Shown here piece after piece: positions 59,207 to 64,000 of a stretch of DNA of 64,000 nt; the first letter of the stretch is position 1; each line of letters begins with the position of its first letter. The notes under the pieces are model-generated. The model saw only the letters and a program-made list of their open reading frames with translations, did no database searches and had not been told where the DNA came from. The stretch covers positions 832,001-896,000 of the forward strand of contig OZ245015.1 in NCBI GenBank assembly GCA_965223705.1. Direction: 5' to 3'. Made by a program: the position numbers and the translations under genes. The stretch comes from Myxococcota bacterium (GTDB taxonomy: Bacteria; Myxococcota_A; UBA9160; UBA6930).

Positions 59207-60157
59207 ATGGAGCCGAGGCGGTATCCCTTTAAGGCGATGGGGAGCCCCTGCGAGCTTCACCTCTACGGGAAGACGGCCGCCGATTGCGATGCCGCAGAAG
59301 CGCTCGCCCGGACCGAAATCGATCGGCTCGAGGCGAAATTCTCCCGGTACCGGGGCGACAGTTTGACGGCGAAGATCAACGCGAGTGCCGGCGATCCCTC
59401 GGGAGTCGAAGTCGACGAAGAAACCGCAACGCTCCTCGACTACGCCGACACGGCTTTTCGCGAGAGCGATGGCGCGTTTGATGTCACCTCGGGAATCCTC
59501 CGCCGGGTATGGGACTTCAAGTCCGGCCGCGTACCCAGTCGCCGAGACGTGAAGGCGCTCCTACCCATGGTCGGCTGGCAGCGCGTTCGCTGGGAACGCC
59601 CCAGACTCGTACTCCCGAAGTCCGGCATGCAGGTCGATTTCGGCGGATACGTCAAGGAATACACGGCGGACCGCGTCGCTGCACTGCTGCGAGAGGCCGG
59701 TGTGGAAAGCGGCCTCGTGGACCTGGGCGGCGATCTGGCCGTCGTCGGACCGCACCCGGACGGGTCGGCTTGGCGTGTAGGCATTCGGGATCCGCGTGCG
59801 AGAGGTCGCGCCATCGCACAAGTCGCACTCGCCGGAGGCGGGTTGGCGAGCAGCGGCGACTACGAGCGCTTCATCGAAATCGACGGAACGCGATACGCCC
59901 ACATACTGGATCCGCGGACCGGCTGGCCGGTGACTTCGCTTGCTGCGGTGTCGGTGGTCGCAGATCATTGCCTCGTCGCAGGCACCGCGAGCACGGTGGC
60001 GATGCTGCTGGGAGAGCGGGGCGGATCGCAGTGGCTTGAGGAGCTCGGTCTCCCTCATGTCCGTGTCGATCAACACGGCGAAGTGCGGGGCTCTCTGGCT
60101 CCATCGGCGCGAGCTCTTACGGCGCTGCGTTCGCCGGCACTTCCGGTTTGGCGATAA
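59207..60157 (+). CDS. apbE: FAD:protein FMN transferase (ApbE family) without an N-terminal signal
   Basis: AMG, S.Y..DS, GAFDVT, DFGG..K, DLGGD, SSGDYER, HILDPRTG.P. ATG 1 nt after the DUF3570 stop. Confidence 0.93.
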   Translation: MEPRRYPFKAMGSPCELHLYGKTAADCDAAEALARTEIDRLEAKFSRYRGDSLTAKINASAGDPSGVEVDEETATLLDYADTAFRESDGAFDVTSGILRRVWDFKSGRVPSRRDVKALLPMVGWQRVRWERPRLVLPKSGMQVDFGGYVKEYTADRVAALLREAGVESGLVDLGGDLAVVGPHPDGSAWRVGIRDPRARGRAIAQVALAGGGLASSGDYERFIEIDGTRYAHILDPRTGWPVTSLAAVSVVADHCLVAGTASTVAMLLGERGGSQWLEELGLPHVRVDQHGEVRGSLAPSARALTALRSPALPVWR

Positions 60158-63026
60158 TCCTCGCGACGTAGCCTCCCGAGGACAGCGCGTTCACCGCGCC
60201 CGCCGCGTCGCTGAGAGTCTCGTACGGCGACAAAACCACATCGAAGCGCTTCTCACCTTGCCATTCCCACGGGACGACGACACCGCTTCCGTCGGGGCCG
60301 GATACGGCTTCGGCGACATCGGACGCCTCGTCGCGATCGGTGTAGGTGCCGACCAACACCGCGAAAGGCCGCTCTCGATCGAGGGACAACCCTTCGAGCC
60401 GCGCGAGGTTCCGCTCGAAGCCCGCGCGCTGGCGTGCGGAATCGGCCAGTTGTTCGATATCCCCGCGGAGCGCCCGCGCCCGGACGGCTACGACGAACTG
60501 ATCGTCGACCTCCGTCGAAGTGGTCGAGCGGAACAAGAACCCGAGCAAGGGAATGTTCATCAGGAACGGAACGCCCGAAGCGGTCTCGATTTGTCGTTGG
60601 TCTTTCGCCAGCGCGACGATCGCGTACTCATCGCCGAACAATCGGATCGAGGTCTCGACGGCGCGCTGTGCGAGCGACGGACCGAGGTCTTGGTTGCCAC
60701 CCACGAGGGAGTTGATCACGGACGTCTGCTCGATCAGAAGATCGAGTCGCACCGAACCTTCTTCTCCGGTGTAGGGGGTGACCCGCAAGCGCAGGCCGAC
60801 GTCCTGCCGCTCGATGTCCTGGGTGGTTTGGAGTTGTGCGAGGTTTGCGCTCGCCTCGCTGCGCTCGACGGGTATGGGAACGTTTGCTCCGGCGAACAAC
60901 TCGTGCTCTTCACCCGCGACCATCAGCAGGTTCGGGCGCATGAGGACGCGTCCCCGAAGCTCTTGTTCATCCGCCGTGACGACGAACGATTCCCGCGGAA
61001 CCTGAACCGAAATCGGGACGCCCCCCGCCGTGACGATGGGAACCACTAGAGGTGCGCGCGTGAAGCGCACCGCACCGCGGGGCCCTCCGGGCGTACCGGG
61101 CCGGATGAGGCCGCCTCCAGACGGGTTGAGCAGCAGCGTTCCGAGAACGTCTTGCGCATCGGTCGGCCGCGAGATCGGAGTGAACGCGTCGAATCCGAGG
61201 GAGAGCTCTCCGGAGCTCGTGAGTTCGAACACCAAGACTTCGAGGCGAATGCGCGCCGGCGTGCGATCGAGCTCGGCGACGAGATCCGAGAGAGCGCGGA
61301 ACGTTTCGTCGTCGCTGCGGATGACCAGCGAGCGCGTCGGCGCATCCACCGTGACCTGAAAGTCTTCCCCTCGCAGGGCCGGACCGGCGTTCGCGAGAGC
61401 GCCGTCGCTCCCGCTTCCCGCGGCGATCGCCTCGAGCTCTTTCGCGATCTGTTCCGGATCTGCGGCGCGGAGCCGAAGCACGTGGAGGCTCCCCCCGCCG
61501 CGAACCGGTTGATCCAACCTCCGCAGGAAGTCGCGAACTTCAACGAGGCGCGTCGGGGTGGCGCGGACCAGCAAGGCGTTCGTTCGTTCGTCCGGGAAAA
61601 GTTCGGGCACATCGCGCGTTTCGTCGCGAAAACTTTCGTCGATCAGGTTCGCCGCGTCTGTCGCGTCCCGATGTCGCAGCCGAACGACGGCGAACTCGGT
61701 GCCCGATGACTCGTCGAGCGCCCGAATGATGGTGAGGATGCGGCGGAGCTGCCCCGCGCTCCCCGACAGGATCACGCTGTTGGTCGGGGGATAGGGCAGC
61801 ACGATCAACTGCGCGCCGAGCCAACCGCGAAGGGCGTCGACGACGTGCCTCGGAGAAACCGACCTCAGTTGAACGAGCGTCGTCACCGGCGCATAGCCCG
61901 AAAGGGAGTCCGCTTCTTCCCACGGGCCCGATGTCGTGCCGGCCTGGATCGGCAAGATCTTGTAAGCGCCGCCGGGTGTCAGGAGAGCGGCGTAACCGCG
62001 CATGAGGAGCGCCGCATGGAGCAACTCGAGGGCCTCGGCCCGTGTGATTCGCCCGCCGGCGGATACCGTGACCGCGCCTTGAAGGGAGTCGTAGATGAAG
62101 CGTTCGCCCGTGATCTCGGCGATCGCTTCTACGACCTCGACGAGCTCGGCATCTCGGAATTCGAGGGTGACGCCGGTTTCCGCGAGTCGCTCGCGTGCGA
62201 ACGCAACCGCCAGGATGGCCCCGCGCCGGGTGATCTCGGGCGGTTCCCGACCGGCGCGTTCGATGATGATCCGAACGGTCGGTTCCTCGATGTCGGCGCG
62301 TTCAAATACGCTTATCGAGGCGATTCCGCGCCCGATTTCGGGGGCGATGCGACCGGGGGCGCTCGGGTCGAGCGTCGTCCCCGGGAAATCGATGACGACG
62401 CTCGAAGCGGTTCCATCCTCGACTTCTGCAGTGACGCCGCGCTCAGCGAAGACGAGGATCCGCTCGAGCTCGTCTCCCGTTTCCAACTCGATCCCGTAGA
62501 TGCGTGTCGGTTTCGAGCTCGCGGAGACCGCGGGAAGCGCCGGCCTCGCTGTCTCGGGCGGACCGGCCGAAACCTGGGGAAGGGCGGACGTGGTCTCGAT
62601 TTCCCCCAGCACCACCACCCACCCCTCACCCGTGGGTTCGAGTCGCCAGCGACGAAACGGATCACGGGCGCTGCCCCCATCGACAACCACACGCGTGAAC
62701 TGGGCGTGTCGCCCGACGCGTACCCTTCGGGCCACGCTTCCGTCTCCCGAGACGCGCGTTCGTGTGACGCGGGTCTCGAGCTCGGGGAGATCGATGACGA
62801 GGCGCGTCGGATTCTTCAGCGCGAAGACGCGGGGTCGAGGGGGGAGGCCGTCGGTCTTGAGAATGATCCGCGGCTTGTCCGGAACGGCTCCGTCGATCGC
62901 AACGTCGACGAGCGCCGTGGCCTCGGTCATCACTTGCGCCTCGGCGACCCAAGGAGCCGCGAAGCAAAGCGCACAGGCGATGATCGCCGTCCGGATCAAA
63001 AAAACCCCCGAATGGGTGCATCCCAT
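60117..63026 (-). CDS. GspD-like secretin with two N-terminal AMIN-like domains and a C-terminal SPOR-like domain
   Basis: F.L.NP.RLVIDLP (AMIN), LEFRDA...EITG.RFI (N0), TNS/DERTNAL/TRSL N-domain repeats, RQDVG..L.VTP and VPFL..IPLLG.LFRS (secretin). Start uncertain (TTG 62999 possible). Confidence 0.85.
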   Translation of the reverse strand: MGCTHSGVFLIRTAIIACALCFAAPWVAEAQVMTEATALVDVAIDGAVPDKPRIILKTDGLPPRPRVFALKNPTRLVIDLPELETRVTRTRVSGDGSVARRVRVGRHAQFTRVVVDGGSARDPFRRWRLEPTGEGWVVVLGEIETTSALPQVSAGPPETARPALPAVSASSKPTRIYGIELETGDELERILVFAERGVTAEVEDGTASSVVIDFPGTTLDPSAPGRIAPEIGRGIASISVFERADIEEPTVRIIIERAGREPPEITRRGAILAVAFARERLAETGVTLEFRDAELVEVVEAIAEITGERFIYDSLQGAVTVSAGGRITRAEALELLHAALLMRGYAALLTPGGAYKILPIQAGTTSGPWEEADSLSGYAPVTTLVQLRSVSPRHVVDALRGWLGAQLIVLPYPPTNSVILSGSAGQLRRILTIIRALDESSGTEFAVVRLRHRDATDAANLIDESFRDETRDVPELFPDERTNALLVRATPTRLVEVRDFLRRLDQPVRGGGSLHVLRLRAADPEQIAKELEAIAAGSGSDGALANAGPALRGEDFQVTVDAPTRSLVIRSDDETFRALSDLVAELDRTPARIRLEVLVFELTSSGELSLGFDAFTPISRPTDAQDVLGTLLLNPSGGGLIRPGTPGGPRGAVRFTRAPLVVPIVTAGGVPISVQVPRESFVVTADEQELRGRVLMRPNLLMVAGEEHELFAGANVPIPVERSEASANLAQLQTTQDIERQDVGLRLRVTPYTGEEGSVRLDLLIEQTSVINSLVGGNQDLGPSLAQRAVETSIRLFGDEYAIVALAKDQRQIETASGVPFLMNIPLLGFLFRSTTSTEVDDQFVVAVRARALRGDIEQLADSARQRAGFERNLARLEGLSLDRERPFAVLVGTYTDRDEASDVAEAVSGPDGSGVVVPWEWQGEKRFDVVLSPYETLSDAAGAVNALSSGGYVARIIAKPEVPANAAP

Positions 63027-63092
63027 TCGGGGGCGAGGTTACCGGGCTCGACTACGAGGGCCCAGTCTCATCCGTCACAAACGCTCGAGCTT

Positions 63093-63860
63093 TCAGTCCT
63101 TGCCGAAACCGGGAAGCGAAAAGGAGAAGAAACGCACTTCCATGCCGGTCGTGATCTCGCTCGAATCGAGCTCGAGCTCATAGGTGCCAAATGAGGTCGG
63201 CCCGTTCAGCAAGTCGACTTCGAGATCGCCGAGATCGACCTTCCGGTAGCCCAGGGACCAAGTGACGTTGCGCGTCAGGTCGTAGCTCAGACCGACGCCC
63301 CAGTGAGTTGCAGATTCCGAGGTGCTGTCGCTTCCGGACGAGATGTTGTCCGTCGTCTGGATGTCGATGTCCGCCCAGCCGATGCCCCCACCACCGTAGA
63401 GACGCAACGGCTCGAGCACCGGGACGCGGCCGAAAATCCACGACACGGGTTCGTGTACGGGCACCTCGAGCCAGACACTCGGCATGATCGTGTCCGCTTC
63501 CACTTCGGTAAAGAAGCCGTCGCCGCCAGCGGTCCGGAACTCGTAGTCGCGGCCCCACGTGCCTTCGAGCTCGAGCCGCACGCGCCAGCTCGGGACCGGG
63601 ACGCGATCGATCTTGGTCAGCGCCTCTTCAAGCGTGAACGCGAGGCCGACCGCGCCGCCGTACGCGGGAGATTGGTCGTCGTCATCTCCGGTGAGCGGGA
63701 AAAACGTGGTCTGCCCCGAGGACGAGCCTTCGCCGTCCGAGACAAAGACGTTGCCTTTGCCGTACAGGTCCACCGAATAGGTCGGGCTCGATGCGAAGAC
63801 CAGCAGGCCGAACATCAAGACGACGGGAACAAGCGGCAAGTTCAAATGGGGGCGCGCCAT
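63093..63860 (-). CDS. Small outer-membrane beta-barrel protein (OmpA/Opa-like)
   Basis: Signal peptide, AVG, R.ELE, LYGGGGIG, GVGLSY, LGYR..DLG; GAGGAG SD. Confidence 0.82.
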   Translation of the reverse strand: MARPHLNLPLVPVVLMFGLLVFASSPTYSVDLYGKGNVFVSDGEGSSSGQTTFFPLTGDDDDQSPAYGGAVGLAFTLEEALTKIDRVPVPSWRVRLELEGTWGRDYEFRTAGGDGFFTEVEADTIMPSVWLEVPVHEPVSWIFGRVPVLEPLRLYGGGGIGWADIDIQTTDNISSGSDSTSESATHWGVGLSYDLTRNVTWSLGYRKVDLGDLEVDLLNGPTSFGTYELELDSSEITTGMEVRFFSFSLPGFGKD

Positions 63861-63970
63861 GGCTTCTCCTCAAACGGCCGATCGGGACCGGCAACGGTTC
63901 GGCAGCTCGGGACTCCCGACAGGAGGTCGCGCGCTGCATAGAGCACATCGTTCTGTGACTTCGAACCCCG

Positions 63971-63986
63971 TGTGACGAAACTCACG
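63971..63986. promoter_or_regulatory. CRP/FNR-family-like site upstream of the OMP/secretin genes
   Basis: TGTGA-cgaaac-TCACG, 9/10 to TGTGA-N6-TCACA, about 110 bp upstream of ATG 63860. Confidence 0.35.
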
Positions 63987-64000
63987 CGCCGAATCGTGAC

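Noticed and set aside
63955..63972. TTCGAACCCC resembling a tRNA T-loop
   Set aside because: No preceding GG/T-stem, D-arm or acceptor stem.

Overview
A high-GC (roughly two-thirds G+C by eye), gene-dense bacterial chromosomal window. Its gene content (diderm envelope, alternative complex III, TopB with a Lys-rich tail, DapL, GlnS) is most consistent with a Myxococcota/deltaproteobacteria-like organism; this is inference, not checked. I find about 49 CDSs and no rRNA, tRNA, CRISPR array or mobile element. 1-27 kb is mostly housekeeping and fatty-acid metabolism: ettA, a RavA/MoxR-like AAA-vWA + AAA pair, dapL, thiolases, an ADP-forming acyl-CoA ligase, xth, speA, hisS, topB, a two-component system, PAC2, and a FadE23/FadE24-like ACAD pair. 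27-36 kb is an actABCDEF alternative complex III operon followed by a rhomboid-TPR protease. 36-46 kb holds a degenerate MBL-fold protein, a 720-bp intergenic region with a strongly SD-led 14-codon ORF, an acyl-CoA ligase, GH84, glnS, and a PQQ dehydrogenase with the lanthanide-type WDYDG motif next to a CX3CH cytochrome. The best candidate for an undescribed system is the divergent locus at 45.9-60.2 kb. Its right arm is a DsbD-TlpA-DUF4266-DUF3570-ApbE thiol/flavin module, and the beta-barrel carries two SGA[S/T] flavinylation motifs. Its left arm encodes two exported CxxCH proteins, a Tat-exported DUF1501-like protein and two exported proteases. An orphan AMIN-GspD-SPOR secretin lies next to it. 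All family calls come from motif recognition by eye, with no database search.
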